A DNA stretch of 64,000 bases from Promethearchaeota archaeon (GTDB lineage Archaea; Asgardarchaeota; Lokiarchaeia; Sigyniarchaeales; SOKP01): positions 340,112-404,111 of the forward strand of contig JAEOUA010000003.1 of NCBI GenBank assembly GCA_016839555.1, read 5' to 3'. Every line of letters starts with the position of its first letter. The first letter of the stretch is position 1. The notes under the pieces were generated by a model. It searched no databases, was not told the DNA's origin, and saw only the letters and a list, made by a program, of their open reading frames with translations. Shown in pieces: positions 38,935 through 49,736 of the stretch. Both the position numbers and the translations under genes were made by a program.

Positions 38935-40509
38935 TTAAAATTCATATTTATCAATAAAAACTTGTAAGAACGTTTTGATCATATAGAAATATTGAGTTTT
39001 TTTGAGAAATGTATAGATCGGAACTTTAGGATAGATATCAAAATATTTTGTTTTTCTAAATGTCCTTATTAAAGAAATTTTTGAAAATAAGGTAAATCTT
39101 GAGAATTTAAAAATAATTTTATTGAAAAAGGATTCTATAACTTTTTTATCAACTGAAATTACCGCGCTAATAAATCCATATTTCTTACTCAATTTATTTC
39201 TTATATGTTTAAGAGAAAAATTCTCTGAATTTTTAAGGATATCGTTCTTTAGTAAGGATTCAATATTAGTTAAAGCATTATTTTCGATTTGAAATAAAAC
39301 TGCTTTTTGAAACCCTATTCTAAGAGACTTTTCTATATTTTTAATATTTTTCTTAGCTAAATCTTGTAAATCAGTGAAAATTACAATTATTTTACTATTT
39401 AATCCAAAATTCAAATTAAAATTGTTAAAAATGAATTCAGAGATGCCCCAATGGGAAAACTTTTTCAAGTTATAGTTAACCCCCATAATTCGAATTATCC
39501 ATCTCAAAATTGGGTTATAGATTATCGGTCTAGAGTCTCTATACCAATTAATTTCAAAGCTTCTATATCCGTATAATAGCTTTTGAAGAATCAACTTTAT
39601 TTTATTTATATCAAGGGGGATTTCCAGTTCAAATAAATCCTCTATTATTTTTAAGATATGGTTTTGATAAAATAAAAAAGTATTATAAGGTGCAAATGTT
39701 TTATGAACTAGTTTGATAATTTGATTTTCTTTAAGATTTTTAAATTCTAACTCGAGTTCTTCCGGTAATAATATCTGAAAATTTAAATTAGATAAATTGG
39801 ACTTATCCTTCTCATTTCTTATTATAATAATAAAAGTAAATTCTTCTGAAAATAAAATTATTGAAATATTTAATTTTGGTAAAAGATCTATTAAATATGA
39901 AAAGATATTAGACAATTTAAAATCAGCAAGGAAATTTATAATTTCCTTTAAAAAATTCATAATATTTGGTTCTGGATAAATATAAAACAATTCATTTTCT
40001 ACTATATGCTGAAACACATCAATAAATTTTTTGATGAAATCTCTCAAGGATAATTGTCCAATATTTTCTATGAGGTTATTTATTAATTTTAATGCCTTAT
40101 CTTTCATTATTCTAATATGAGATATACTTGAATTCGTTTGGGAGTAAATTTCATCTTGCAATTCATCAAAAAAGGTATCTATGTTTTGAATTGGATATTT
40201 ACGAAGCTTTATAATATCTGGATCGATGTCCTTAAAGGATTTATGAATCCCTGCCGTATCAGTGTTATAAAAAAATATCTTTAAAATATCCTCCTCATCA
40301 TTAGATATTATTAGATCAACAATATTTTGTTGATCATTAATAAATCTTGAATAAAGAAGTTTGGATATATTATATAGTAATTTAGCTTCTATTCTAATAG
40401 GTGTAAATGGCAATCTTACTTGTTCTGAATAAAATTCCCCCTCAGAAGGGGAATATTTTTTATTAAAGTTAAGAATTTTTAACCAATTATCTAAAAATAG
40501 TTTTTCCAT
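38935..40509 (-). CDS. Hypothetical protein, translationally coupled to the DUF362 gene
   Basis: Long ORF; the ATG at 40509 overlaps the upstream stop (TAATG) and follows GGAGG. Confidence 0.7.
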   Translation of the reverse strand: MEKLFLDNWLKILNFNKKYSPSEGEFYSEQVRLPFTPIRIEAKLLYNISKLLYSRFINDQQNIVDLIISNDEEDILKIFFYNTDTAGIHKSFKDIDPDIIKLRKYPIQNIDTFFDELQDEIYSQTNSSISHIRIMKDKALKLINNLIENIGQLSLRDFIKKFIDVFQHIVENELFYIYPEPNIMNFLKEIINFLADFKLSNIFSYLIDLLPKLNISIILFSEEFTFIIIIRNEKDKSNLSNLNFQILLPEELELEFKNLKENQIIKLVHKTFAPYNTFLFYQNHILKIIEDLFELEIPLDINKIKLILQKLLYGYRSFEINWYRDSRPIIYNPILRWIIRIMGVNYNLKKFSHWGISEFIFNNFNLNFGLNSKIIVIFTDLQDLAKKNIKNIEKSLRIGFQKAVLFQIENNALTNIESLLKNDILKNSENFSLKHIRNKLSKKYGFISAVISVDKKVIESFFNKIIFKFSRFTLFSKISLIRTFRKTKYFDIYPKVPIYTFLKKTQYFYMIKTFLQVFIDKYEF

Positions 40510-41924
40510 TAAAGATCCTCCCATTTGTTTAATTTTTTATTGTACTCAAAAAAATTAGAGGTTCTCAGAGACCTCATAAGGTAATTAAGATTTGGTAAAT
40601 CACTTTTATCATAATATTCAAATATTTGTTTTAAACAGTTTTTAAAATCTGGTGGACATCCTGAGAGGGTCAAGATATTCTTATTTTTTACTTCCTTTTC
40701 CTTTTTTTTAAGAAGTGTTTTTTTGATTTTAGTATAAAATTTATAGTTTTTAGTGGATTTAATCGCACAATCTCCAAATACAATAACATTATTGTTAAAT
40801 TGTGGTTCTGGAGGGTTTAATCCAACTAAAAAGGAATGATTTGGGATATATTTCACATCCTTTATCATTCTAGAATTCATAAAATTAAGGAGATGATATG
40901 CTTTCAGGAAACAGCCAGAGCAAATCTTACCAGAATTTACAAAGATGTTGGGAATCTTAATATCCTCCAATTTTAGACAAGACTGATTTAATTTAATCGA
41001 GATTTTCCCTAAATCTTCACCAATTAATTTAATATCTGAAATATGTTCGGGTCCTAATGATCTTTCAAATGCTCTTGATAATAGATCATTTTTAAACACA
41101 TCAAATCCTAAAAATCGGAGCGTTATAACATCAACGGAGATAAGATCAGTGCCCATAATTAACACATTAGTCTTCTTTAAGTTTGAATCTCTATAAATCA
41201 AGGGACCAGCCTTTTCTAAAACATAAAATACATCGTTTATTGTCAATATTGGTTTTCTTATGGCATATGTATTTAAAATATTAGAGATAAGATCTTGTCT
41301 AAATAGATCATTTTTAACAATTTCTTCATTTAATATATTATTATCATACTTTATATCTCTAAATTTCGCAGGTAATATTGAAAAATAATTAATCAGAGAA
41401 AGATCGCACATAAATAAAGGATTAATATTAACTTGAGTGATAACAATAATCTTATCGGAGTTAGTAATAACTTCAGGTACTTTTATTTTTTTCTCGCCAA
41501 TATTTATATCTTTTAATGAATCCGCTTTTAGATCTTTTAAATTTTTTACATTTAATTTTTGATTATAATAATCGCTATTATCTAAATAAACAAATTCTGC
41601 CCCCAGAGTTTTAAAATAACTCTCTAAACCCATTAAATCATCAAATAATTTGAGAGCAATTTTTTCAGATGGAAATGAGCCTATAAATATCTTATTTGCG
41701 CCTGCTTTTTTACAGGAATAGATAACTTCTTTGACAAGATCCATATTAGAATTCATAGGATAACCCAAAGGAACTCTCAGAGTAATTTTTAGAAAGACAT
41801 TATCTCCTTCTTTTATATATTGAGAAATTCCTCCAAGTTTATCAATTCCTTCTAAATAATTTTCCTCTGGAGATTTACCTTTCATAACTGCAACAAGAGG
41901 TTTTTTGGAGTTAGTATCACTCAT
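40509..41924 (-). CDS. DUF362 domain protein with a C-terminal Cys-containing (Fe-S-like) module
   Basis: LGGISQYIKEGDNVFLK, GTDLISVD, CSGC, FGDCA and GCPP. Confidence 0.75.
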   Translation of the reverse strand: MSDTNSKKPLVAVMKGKSPEENYLEGIDKLGGISQYIKEGDNVFLKITLRVPLGYPMNSNMDLVKEVIYSCKKAGANKIFIGSFPSEKIALKLFDDLMGLESYFKTLGAEFVYLDNSDYYNQKLNVKNLKDLKADSLKDINIGEKKIKVPEVITNSDKIIVITQVNINPLFMCDLSLINYFSILPAKFRDIKYDNNILNEEIVKNDLFRQDLISNILNTYAIRKPILTINDVFYVLEKAGPLIYRDSNLKKTNVLIMGTDLISVDVITLRFLGFDVFKNDLLSRAFERSLGPEHISDIKLIGEDLGKISIKLNQSCLKLEDIKIPNIFVNSGKICSGCFLKAYHLLNFMNSRMIKDVKYIPNHSFLVGLNPPEPQFNNNVIVFGDCAIKSTKNYKFYTKIKKTLLKKKEKEVKNKNILTLSGCPPDFKNCLKQIFEYYDKSDLPNLNYLMRSLRTSNFFEYNKKLNKWEDL

Positions 41925-42065
41925 TTTGGTTAAAAAATAAAAATCTTAACTTTATTTAATCGAATAATTTAATAAAATAATGTATAGATTTAATTTTAAT
42001 TTAAGTGATTAAATATAATTAATGAATATTAGTTATATTAATAAGGAGCTAAAGCATAAAATAAG

Positions 42066-43259
42066 TCATGTCTCACTTAAATCAATCATTTTTCCTTGAC
42101 ATGGATTTCCATAAGTAGCATAAAAGTGATTATCTTTAATATCAATCATAATTCCAAAACCCGTTGATATTTCTTGTCCATGGTTGCAGATGGTATATTC
42201 GGATGGCTTATTCTCGGGACCATGACTACATTGAATTTCTTTGTTTAGGAATTCTAATGAGATCTTAGATGGTGCTTCATTTTTTAAAATATCAAATGCA
42301 TTCTTATAGCGAAGGATAGATGATTTATGAACTGGTTTTCCCCGAAGGTATTCTGGTGAACTCTCATTATAGACGGCATTCCGAGGAACCTCAATTTGTT
42401 GCATAGCAAGCGTAATATAATGATTTGTACAGATCAAAAAGTCTCTTTCTCCATGAACCCCTTCTCTACGTACTTCTATATTTGATGGACTTGATTCTAT
42501 AACAGCAAGATCTCCTATTTTATCTCCAACCATAATATTTGCCCCACCTAATCGGGGATAATTCTCGAAGACTTTTACAGTTTCTTTCACCGTACTGCAT
42601 TGTTCTAAAGCAGCTCGGATTAAAAGCATTGGAGGGATACCTTTTTTGCCAATATTTAGAGGATAAGCATAATTATATACAATTGAGAGTCCTTTATCAT
42701 TCATACCATTATTAATTCCCACTAAACCATTCACTCCAGAGCTAATTGTATGATGTTTATTTCCTTCAGAAGACCGTATTCTGCGAAAAATGATATTTTC
42801 AGCCAAAAATTCGGGGCCATCCCAATTTTTTATCATAAAAATACTTCCGGTTTCCGAGCGTTCCTTGGTAATACCGATAGCACTGCAATTATTAATCGAA
42901 AATTTAATATGATTTTCTATATAATAATTAGATATTTGTGTACCTAATGAATCTATAGCTTGAAGGAATAGAATTTTATTTATAGATAGATTTGCTCCTT
43001 TGCTTAAGCCTTTTAAAAATTCCCATTGAGAGGGTAAATTTTGTTTAATAGAATTTTTTATCATTTTGGAAGCAAAACTATTCGCTAACTTGATAAACAT
43101 GAATTTCGGTAAAATGAAAGGTTTTGAGGCTAAGAACTCGTCGGAGTGAGTAAGATTATTATATAATGATGTGATTTGATTTTTAAAATGATCTCCTTGC
43201 TTAAAGCCCATTTCATATTCTGAACCCTCTAATTGAAAAATATTAATAGGTTTTTCCAT
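42066..43259 (-). CDS. C45 family Ntn-hydrolase (acyl-CoA:6-APA acyltransferase-like)
   Basis: GSEYEMGFKQG, NCSAIG (autoproteolytic Cys), KNWD, GMNDKGL, TNHY, GNPC. Confidence 0.85.
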   Translation of the reverse strand: MEKPINIFQLEGSEYEMGFKQGDHFKNQITSLYNNLTHSDEFLASKPFILPKFMFIKLANSFASKMIKNSIKQNLPSQWEFLKGLSKGANLSINKILFLQAIDSLGTQISNYYIENHIKFSINNCSAIGITKERSETGSIFMIKNWDGPEFLAENIIFRRIRSSEGNKHHTISSGVNGLVGINNGMNDKGLSIVYNYAYPLNIGKKGIPPMLLIRAALEQCSTVKETVKVFENYPRLGGANIMVGDKIGDLAVIESSPSNIEVRREGVHGERDFLICTNHYITLAMQQIEVPRNAVYNESSPEYLRGKPVHKSSILRYKNAFDILKNEAPSKISLEFLNKEIQCSHGPENKPSEYTICNHGQEISTGFGIMIDIKDNHFYATYGNPCQGKMIDLSET

Positions 43260-43379
43260 TAATATTCACACTCATTAAGATAAATTTCTTTTTATATAAT
43301 TATTTTTGAATCAATCTACTTCCTAGAGAATATTATTTGGGTCCTCTTTTATATCTTTCTCTTAATTTTTGTTAGTATT

Positions 43380-44768
43380 TCATATATAATTTGGAATTTT
43401 AAATTTCCTTAGTTTTGCAATTCTATTTCTATATGGTCTTTCCTCTGGTCTTACATGCCAATCAAACCAATTTCTTAGATTTAAAGATATATATAATGTT
43501 CCATTTTCCGTTTCTATATAAAAAATCTTATCTTTTTCATCCACATACATATATGGAATTAAGGGTACGTCTTTTGTTTCATATTCTTTTCCATGTTCTA
43601 TTTCTTTTTCCCATCTATATATTGTATGACTTAATACATATTCCCACTCTCCATCTATTTCTTGAAAAATTGTATGCCTTACATAATGTTCTATTGGAAT
43701 TCCATATAGGTTTTGTTTCGATTCTTTTTTTTCGATTTTAAATTTCCCATATCTCTTGCTTTCTTCAGGAGTTAATTCTGGAATTTTCAAAGAATAAAGA
43801 GGATCGAGTTTATATGCATTGGGATGCTTTCGATCATAAACCCTTCTTTCTAATTGTTTCTTTATTCTCAATTGGTTCTCATCTAGGTTATAATATTTCA
43901 TGTCTAATTCTTTCTCAAGATTTTCAGCATTTTTTAAAAATTTATTAATTTCTGCTTCATATCGAGTTCTTAATAAATTTAAATGATCTTTTTCTAATTC
44001 ATATTGGACCCACCTAGTTATAAGAGAATTTCTAATATTGTAGAATATTTGTCTTCTATCATTAAGAAGAAATTGAGTTGTTATACTCCAAAGAGCATAT
44101 AAAAATGCAATTAATGAATATTGGGCACCAACTGAATCGTATCTATAGGGCCTATTAAAACTTTCTATATCTCGATAATATTCAATAAAAACTAGGCTTT
44201 TAATCCATGGCTCTAGCTGATTAAATAGTTCTTGAAATGCTATTAGAAAGAAAGCAAAAAATAAACTTCTCTTTTTCGGAATTTTTTTGGTTTTCCATAT
44301 ATCTGAGAGTAAGTATTTATTAAGATGTTCAAGCGCAAAAAGATGCTGATGAAATAAACCAATAATATATTTTACAAAATCCTTTTCATAATAAATATAC
44401 TCTTCTTCTTGTTTTTCTAAATTAATAACTGTTAATGGATGTCTGATGGTAAATATTTGATAATCATGAAAAAGGTTATACTTAAAAATATCATTAATGA
44501 TTTTTGTACATATAGATATTATTTCATTATTTGGCAATGGAAGAGGTTTATAAAATTCAAAATCTTGATTGAATTCTTGGCTAAAGTAATAATTAAAATA
44601 AAATAAATCTCTATCTTCCAATAAATATTCAATTTTCCATTTTTTTATTAAATTTTGAAAATAATTTCCTAATTCTTCAATATCATTATGTCTAGTATTT
44701 ACTATTTTTCTTATTTTTTTCTTTCTTTCTTCAATCTCCTTATTCCATACTGCAATCCAATCTGTCAT
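43380..44768 (-). CDS. Hypothetical protein
   Basis: 462-aa aromatic-rich ORF; no motif recognised. Confidence 0.65.
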   Translation of the reverse strand: MTDWIAVWNKEIEERKKKIRKIVNTRHNDIEELGNYFQNLIKKWKIEYLLEDRDLFYFNYYFSQEFNQDFEFYKPLPLPNNEIISICTKIINDIFKYNLFHDYQIFTIRHPLTVINLEKQEEEYIYYEKDFVKYIIGLFHQHLFALEHLNKYLLSDIWKTKKIPKKRSLFFAFFLIAFQELFNQLEPWIKSLVFIEYYRDIESFNRPYRYDSVGAQYSLIAFLYALWSITTQFLLNDRRQIFYNIRNSLITRWVQYELEKDHLNLLRTRYEAEINKFLKNAENLEKELDMKYYNLDENQLRIKKQLERRVYDRKHPNAYKLDPLYSLKIPELTPEESKRYGKFKIEKKESKQNLYGIPIEHYVRHTIFQEIDGEWEYVLSHTIYRWEKEIEHGKEYETKDVPLIPYMYVDEKDKIFYIETENGTLYISLNLRNWFDWHVRPEERPYRNRIAKLRKFKIPNYI

Positions 44769-44814
44769 AAATATTTTTTATGAAAATAATTACTATTGTA
44801 CTAAAAAAAATCCC

Positions 44815-45057
44815 TTAACCAAAATCTTTCTTTAAGATCCTTATCGCTTCTGGGAGTGTCAAGTGAGTTAAGTTTTGAGCTTTTTCTAAATGTTTCGGGC
44901 AAAACCAAGCGGCATAAGGAGGATGACCTGTAAAGCCAAGTTTTGATGCTTTTTTATCCCACTTCAAATCATTTGGTCCTTTTTTAAAATACAAAAGCTT
45001 GCATTCATCATTCTCTCCCATTCTTTTAGAACATACTTCACATATAGGTGGTTTCAA
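44815..45057 (-). CDS. Small putative zinc-binding protein
   Basis: CEVC...GHP...WFCPKH. Confidence 0.7.
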   Translation of the reverse strand: MKPPICEVCSKRMGENDECKLLYFKKGPNDLKWDKKASKLGFTGHPPYAAWFCPKHLEKAQNLTHLTLPEAIRILKKDFG

Positions 45058-45198
45058 TATTAATCAACTTATATTTTTAAAAATAAATATTTAATGTTTT
45101 AGATATAATTATAAAATTGGTTTAAACCTTTAATGAATTTCTCAATTTTCTAAAAAATATAATCTTATAATTTAGCCTTTAATATTAAAAGATTTAGA

Positions 45199-45269
45199 AT
45201 GTGTGCCCATTTGGAGATTCCTACTCATTGAAATTTTGAATTCTCATAGAAACACTATAAATGGGCACA
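45199..45269 (-). ncRNA. Putative single-hairpin box H/ACA guide RNA with a K-turn
   Basis: Lower stem GCCCATTT/AAATGGGC followed by ACA; internal loop; upper stem TTCTA/TAGGA; tandem GA pairs with a 3-nt AAT bulge. Confidence 0.7.
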
Positions 45270-45338
45270 AATAATAATATTGCAACTCAAAATAATTAAA
45301 TTTATTATTATAAAAAAAAGAAATAAGAAAAAAAATAC

Positions 45339-45977
45339 CTAAGTAGGTTGTGAATGTTGTTTTAATAAATCTTCATTAGTTTTGCCCATTTTTATTGCCA
45401 ATTCTGCTACAATCGCATCAAGGTAAGTAAATGCAATCTGTTCGAATTGCGTACCTTCAGGCGTGAGAACCGCATGATTTTCCTCATCTCGATCCTTTTT
45501 AGTTCTACCAAGGATTTTAATAGTGATATCACCGATACGCCCAACTACGGTCTCTGGGTGGCTGGTTATACATACTATTGCATGAGGTTTTATTGTATTT
45601 ACATAAGTTTTTAATAAACTGACAACAATAGATGTGGTACCCGAACCAGAAAGCACAATTAAAATATCTTTTTTTCTAAGAGCGGGGATATGTCCTAAAT
45701 TCGTAATCATATGAACTTCTGCCCCTAAATGCACTAATCGCGTTGCAAAACATTGTAAAATAAAGGCACTTCTTCCTGAGGCGAGGAGAAAGAATCTGCG
45801 ATTATTAATTATCCCATCATGAATAATATTTATAAATTTTTGCGTGTATTTGAAATTTTGATCAATATGCTCCATATTTTTTTGAAGGTTGTTCATGATC
45901 AATTCCATAGCTTGGAATAGGATTCTTTTTGTCTTACCATTGGTAGGTTGAGACTCAATCTCAATATCATCAGCCAT
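45339..45977 (-). CDS. hxlB: 6-phospho-3-hexuloisomerase (SIS domain)
   Basis: SGRS...FATRLVHLG, SGSGTT, ITSHPE, PEGTQFE, LDAIVAEL and a terminal H. Confidence 0.85.
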   Translation of the reverse strand: MADDIEIESQPTNGKTKRILFQAMELIMNNLQKNMEHIDQNFKYTQKFINIIHDGIINNRRFFLLASGRSAFILQCFATRLVHLGAEVHMITNLGHIPALRKKDILIVLSGSGTTSIVVSLLKTYVNTIKPHAIVCITSHPETVVGRIGDITIKILGRTKKDRDEENHAVLTPEGTQFEQIAFTYLDAIVAELAIKMGKTNEDLLKQHSQPT

Positions 45978-46235
45978 GATAATACACTATAAAAACATTT
46001 ATTCTATAGTATAATTTAGTTTTCGAGATAAAATATATATTGTTATTAATATACTATTTGGATTAATTGTTTTAAAATACAATAATAAAAATTTATTGGA
46101 AACACTAAGGTTTAATTAATATTGCTTTAGCATTAATAAATATGATTATATTTTTCTTTTTTAAGCAATCTTTATTGATTAGAAAAGATTTATGTTTCTA
46201 AAATTAGTTTTTAATGATTTTTTTTTTAAACTTAA

Positions 46236-47114
46236 TTATAGCGGCCATTTAAGGAGAGATTTTATCAAGTTCATTGTGCTTAAATCTCCTTTTGTTAACT
46301 TTCCTATAACAGTTTCTCTTTTAAAAGCTCTTTTTAGAACTTTTTTTAAAACTCGCTGCCTATTATTATAATTTTTTACTTCCTCCTTATATAAACGATG
46401 GATTTTTTGATGTAACTCATTAATCTCCCTTAGTCTTTTTTTTAAAAATTCTCTCCCTTTATAGAGACCATGTCCACTGATAAAAATTTTAAGGTTTTTC
46501 ATATGTTCAGTAAAGTTATATAAATTTTTTATTGAATCATAAATAACTGAGATATCCTCTTGGATGTCGCTTGATGCTCCGAAGAGCATTTTATATTTGG
46601 GTTGTATTCCATCTGCAACAAATGCCCATTCTTGTGTTTTTTCTATTAATGCGATTTGATCTGGCGCATGGCCCGGCATTGGAAATATCTCAAATCCATA
46701 GTCCAGAGAACCAGATTTAATCGTGGAAGGTAAAATTTTAGTCTTTACTGGTAATCTTTTTTCCCCCCACGTAATTTGTCGATATTCTGGATAAGTAGAT
46801 TCTTTTTTTAGAATTTCTATTGCTTTTTCATGAGCATATATTGGAATATTGAATTCTCTTTGGAGCATTTGGGCACCACCACAATGATCTTCGTGAGTGT
46901 GTGTCAAAATACACAAATTTATCTCTTTTTCATTCAATTCATCGGTGATAAATTCTCTTAAATCATTTATACATGCTGGTGCTCCCGCATCGATAAGTAG
47001 TCCATCAACAAGAAAACAGGAGGTATAAAAGGGTTTTGGAATAAGCTTATTATTGGAGGCCCATTTCCATTCTAAGATCTCTTTGTTTTCATAATAAACT
47101 TTTTCAATAACCAT
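46236..47114 (-). CDS. MBL-fold metallo-hydrolase
   Basis: LIDAG, THTHEDHCGG, PGHAPD, SGHG. Confidence 0.9.
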   Translation of the reverse strand: MVIEKVYYENKEILEWKWASNNKLIPKPFYTSCFLVDGLLIDAGAPACINDLREFITDELNEKEINLCILTHTHEDHCGGAQMLQREFNIPIYAHEKAIEILKKESTYPEYRQITWGEKRLPVKTKILPSTIKSGSLDYGFEIFPMPGHAPDQIALIEKTQEWAFVADGIQPKYKMLFGASSDIQEDISVIYDSIKNLYNFTEHMKNLKIFISGHGLYKGREFLKKRLREINELHQKIHRLYKEEVKNYNNRQRVLKKVLKRAFKRETVIGKLTKGDLSTMNLIKSLLKWPL

Positions 47115-47315
47115 TGTTTCACTAATCAGGTTTAATTTTATTAGCCAATTTAATGATATTAGTTAAATAAGTGTTCTAAAACTAAAAAATATATAGAAAA
47201 CAATAGAATTTTTATAAACTAAAAAATAAGTCTGAATCCTAGAAGGAGAACAAAATAATTAAGGTTTTGAAGATATACTTTTTAAAATTTTATATCTTTT
47301 TATTATTTTATATTA

Positions 47316-49166
47316 TTATTTATTAATCTTACATTTTTTTAAAAAGACAATAAAATTACTTCCTTTTTTATAATTTCCTGGGATTCTATTCTCTATATCT
47401 ATTTGCCCCCCATATTCCTTCAAAATTTTTTTTACAAGAGATAATCCTATTCCCATTCCACTGGTTTTTTTATGTTTATACTCACGGCTGAAGATTTGCT
47501 CCTTCTGTTTATCTGGAATGCCAATTCCATTATCTTTAAATTCTATTTTTACATAAGTATTCTCTTCTTTTTGAAGCTCGAAGACATTTATCCATAACCT
47601 TTTTACTTCGCTTTTATTATGAACTATTCCATTAATTAAGATATTTTCAAATGCATCAATTAGGAATTCTCCCCCATAGATCTCTACATCTTGATCTAAG
47701 GGAGTAAAGTCCATAGAGATATTGCCACTTATATAATGATTTTTTACGCTTTTAATTGATTTTTTTAATACTTCATTAATTTTAACAGGTTTTATTATTA
47801 ATTCTTCTTTTTCTATGGCAGAAAGTCTTCTAATATTTGAGATCAAAGATGAGGCGCGATCTATTTGTCTTTCAATAATTTCAATTAATTCTTCTATATC
47901 TCCAACATCCTTATTCTGTGTAGTTCCCATCTCTATAAGTTCGAAAGAGAATTTTATACTATTGAGGATGTTACTCATATCATGAGCAAGAATGTCCCGA
48001 TAAAATTCTGCACGATTAAAGGCCTCTTTATATTTTTGTTCTGATGTTTTCAGTCTTTTTTCCGCTTCAACTTTATCAGTGACATTTCTTACAAATCCGG
48101 AAAATCCTACTTTATTTCCCTTCTCATCATAGCGTAGAGATATAGAGGATTCACCGTATAATGTTCTTCCCTTTTTACTAATAACTCGATATTGGAAATT
48201 TTTTTGAGACTTTTCCGTTCTAAACACTACGTTAAAAATTTCAAAGGTTTCTTTTGCTTTTTCATGGGTCATATACTCTCGATAATTCATTCCCATCATT
48301 TCCTCAGATGAATATCCCAACATATCACATAAAGCGGGGTTAAAATAAGTAAAATCTCCTTTTAAATCAACCTCAAAATATCCTTCTAGTGAAGTTTGAA
48401 TAATTTTTTTGAATTTTTCTTCTGATTTCTTTAATTGTTGTTTTGTCTCTATTTGAGAAGTCACATCTCGAACGAATCCAGCAAAACCAATTTTATTTCC
48501 CTCTTCATTATATCTCAAATATACAGAGGATTCACAATATAATGTCTCGCCTTGTTTATTAATAAGTTTATACTGGAAGTTAGTATGAGATTTTTCTGTT
48601 CTATAAAGTTCATTATATTTTTTAAAAGTCTTTTTTGCTCCCTTTTCAGTCATATAATTTCTATAATTCATCCCCTTCAGTTCTTCAGGAGTATATTCTA
48701 ACAAATCACATACAGCAGGATTAAAATAAGTGAAATTTCCCTTTAAATCTACTTCGAAATACCCCTCTTTTGAGTTTTTTAAGATTTTATCTGCTTTTTT
48801 TAATTTCTGTTCCATCTTGACTCTCTGCGTATAATCCCTAAGGAAGCCAGCAAAACCAATTTTATTTCCCTCTTCATCATATCGTAAATAAATAGAAGAA
48901 TCACAATATATCTCATTTCCATCCTTAGTAATAAATCTATATTGAAAATAAATTCGAGATTTTTCTGTTCTAAACACTTCATTAAATATTTGATATGTTT
49001 CTTCTGCATTTTCCTCAGTCATATAGTCTTCGTATGAAGTTCCAATGATTTCTTCAGGAGTGTATCCTAATAGTTGAGCGCCTGCGGGATTACAATAAGT
49101 AAAAATTCCATCTACATTACTCTCAAAATACGCCTCTTTCGTATTTTCCAAAAAATTCTCAATCAC
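47316..49166 (-). CDS. Soluble sensor histidine kinase with three tandem PAS domains
   Basis: Three repeats of EGYFEVD.KG.FTYFNPA...GFVRDVT; H-box LAHDMSN; ENILINGIVH, DNGIGI and GMGIGL. Confidence 0.92.
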   Translation of the reverse strand: MIENFLENTKEAYFESNVDGIFTYCNPAGAQLLGYTPEEIIGTSYEDYMTEENAEETYQIFNEVFRTEKSRIYFQYRFITKDGNEIYCDSSIYLRYDEEGNKIGFAGFLRDYTQRVKMEQKLKKADKILKNSKEGYFEVDLKGNFTYFNPAVCDLLEYTPEELKGMNYRNYMTEKGAKKTFKKYNELYRTEKSHTNFQYKLINKQGETLYCESSVYLRYNEEGNKIGFAGFVRDVTSQIETKQQLKKSEEKFKKIIQTSLEGYFEVDLKGDFTYFNPALCDMLGYSSEEMMGMNYREYMTHEKAKETFEIFNVVFRTEKSQKNFQYRVISKKGRTLYGESSISLRYDEKGNKVGFSGFVRNVTDKVEAEKRLKTSEQKYKEAFNRAEFYRDILAHDMSNILNSIKFSFELIEMGTTQNKDVGDIEELIEIIERQIDRASSLISNIRRLSAIEKEELIIKPVKINEVLKKSIKSVKNHYISGNISMDFTPLDQDVEIYGGEFLIDAFENILINGIVHNKSEVKRLWINVFELQKEENTYVKIEFKDNGIGIPDKQKEQIFSREYKHKKTSGMGIGLSLVKKILKEYGGQIDIENRIPGNYKKGSNFIVFLKKCKINK

Positions 49167-49517
49167 TGATTTCCTTATTTCTTTTGATTTCTTGATTTTC
49201 TATCCCCTTTCCCTATATCTTTTTTTTCGAATTCTTATTTAACAGATAAAGATCCTACTTTAAAAATCTATATATATAATTTTCTGAATGTTTTTCAATA
49301 AATACTTTTAATCTAATAAAATAATTATAATACAACTTTAAAAATGCTCTTACCTTTTAGAATACCTCTCTTAATAAGATTTTAATTAGTAAGAAAAATA
49401 AAATTTTCGAAATTTAGAAATAAATTAAGAATGAAATTATATGGAAAAAAAACCACTCTATTATTATTTTAATTTATTAAAATAGGAAAAAAAAGATTGT
49501 AAATATTTTAAAAATTT

Positions 49518-49736
49518 TTACTCGTATTTTAATGCTAAGAGTAGGTCGTTCTTGGTAATTTTTTTGCGGTTTGCGTGCATTGTGAATTTCTTTGCAGATG
49601 ATGTGAGACTTTCTGCTTTTTTCTCTAAATGATCAATTAACAGATCAACCGCATCTCGAGCCACAATGCTTGCACCCTCTTGTTTCATTAATCTACGAAT
49701 CGGACTCCAAGCAAATGTATGTTTTTTCTTTGCCAT
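49518..49736 (-). CDS. Archaeal histone
   Basis: SPIRRLMKQEGA.IVARDAV...HANRKKITKNDL; GGAGG RBS. Confidence 0.92.
   Translation of the reverse strand: MAKKKHTFAWSPIRRLMKQEGASIVARDAVDLLIDHLEKKAESLTSSAKKFTMHANRKKITKNDLLLALKYE

Noticed and set aside
45202-45269. Inverted repeat as a MITE or simple terminator
   Set aside because: No target-site duplication or second copy. The internal K-turn, pocket and ACA fit a guide RNA better.
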